Of a stretch of 64,000 nucleotides of DNA, positions 63,683-64,000 are shown piece by piece (within the stretch, counting starts at the first letter, position 1; each line of letters opens with the position of its first letter). Origin of the DNA: Bacteroidales bacterium (lineage in GTDB: Bacteria; Bacteroidota; Bacteroidia; Bacteroidales; UBA10428); assembly GCA_041737295.1 (NCBI GenBank), contig JBGSSA010000220.1, positions 32,170-96,169 of the forward strand, in the 5' to 3' direction. Under the pieces are notes generated by a model, which saw only the letters and a list, made by a program, of their open reading frames with translations, did no database searches and had not been told where the DNA came from. The translations under genes and the position numbers were made by a program.

Positions 63683-64000
63683 ATGAAAAGAATTGCTTTC
63701 CTTTTGTTTGGGCTCCTTATTGTCCAGCAGGCCGGGGCATCGAGTCTTGTTATCTACCCGGTTCCAAAAGGTGCAGAGGCTGCACCTGAATTTGAGCTGG
63801 AGGTAAACGGAAAACCTGTTTTTGTATACAATACCCGCTCGGCAGCCTTTGCTTATTTCTCATTTGAAGGGAAGATCACTATCAAGGTGACATTCCAATC
63901 CCAGGTCGACAATTATGATATTCGGCCTAAAAGCCGGAATATTGATGCGGAATTATACCGCAACCAGGTTTCTTTCTCACTCGATAAACCTGAAAACCTG
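63683..64000 (+). CDS. Secreted hypothetical protein, 3' end beyond the window
   Basis: An ATG at 63683 opens a frame that stays open for 106 codons to base 64000. It is absent from the ORF track because no stop lies inside the window. Signal peptide: MKRIAFLLFGLLIVQQAGASS. Confidence 0.6.
   Translation, partial: MKRIAFLLFGLLIVQQAGASSLVIYPVPKGAEAAPEFELEVNGKPVFVYNTRSAAFAYFSFEGKITIKVTFQSQVDNYDIRPKSRNIDAELYRNQVSFSLDKPENL

Noticed and set aside
63583-63789. 68-aa ORF from the track overlapping the end of the TauE gene.
   Set aside because: It overlaps the TauE gene's 3' end (63583-63634), in a different reading frame, and then runs across the gap. A different frame starting at 63683 has a clean signal peptide and stays open to the window end, so I preferred that.
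1-64000. I looked for tRNA, rRNA, integrase/transposase, phage or defence-system genes as signs of a mobile or accessory island.
   Set aside because: None recognised. All long ORFs are explained by glycan-utilisation, regulatory or transport functions, and intergenic gaps are too short or lack tRNA-like structure by eye. A tRNAscan/Infernal run would be needed for certainty.

Overview
This is a chromosomal segment from a Bacteroidota genome. The evidence is SusC/SusD pairs, a hybrid two-component regulator, an ECF sigma/FecR/STN-SusC signalling module and several T9SS C-terminal sorting domains. The T9SS domains argue against the genus Bacteroides. The window is almost entirely coding and devoted to glycan capture and catabolism. 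By eye I found no rRNA, tRNA, CRISPR array, transposase or integrase.

Two polysaccharide-utilisation loci (PULs) are visible.

PUL-A (about 1.8-38.4 kb) is centred on the HTCS regulator at 26475-30872.
- On the minus strand lie GH92, SusC and SusD, then two recently duplicated CBM9-like T9SS proteins and a membrane SGNH-like/TPR protein.
- On the plus strand lie GH27, a non-canonical GH28-like beta-helix, Tat-exported and GH-like unknowns, a PA14/T9SS giant and a clan-GH-A-like giant.

PUL-B (38.9-64 kb) contains, in order:
- ECF sigma, anti-sigma, STN-SusC and SusD.
- Two Tat-exported Gfo/Idh/MocA oxidoreductases, followed by a terminator.
- A cytoplasmic cassette of MFS permease, MttB-like protein, ROK kinase and SIS protein.
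- A second GH28-like paralog, a beta-helix protein, an SDR, two DUF4038/GH140-like proteins, a FucP-type MFS and a TauE permease.

The observations most worth a second look are:
1. An orphan non-pyrrolysine MttB-superfamily protein inside a sugar operon.
2. A tandem-duplication scar that left a 17-codon uORF in ATGA overlap with the downstream paralog.
3. A TAG-rich tandem repeat plus a perfect intrinsic terminator only 12 nt before a start codon.
4. A 1102-aa fusion protein with an internal signal-peptide-like segment.
5. A DUF362 protein with contradictory membrane and T9SS topology.

All functional calls come from motif recognition by eye, not from database searches.
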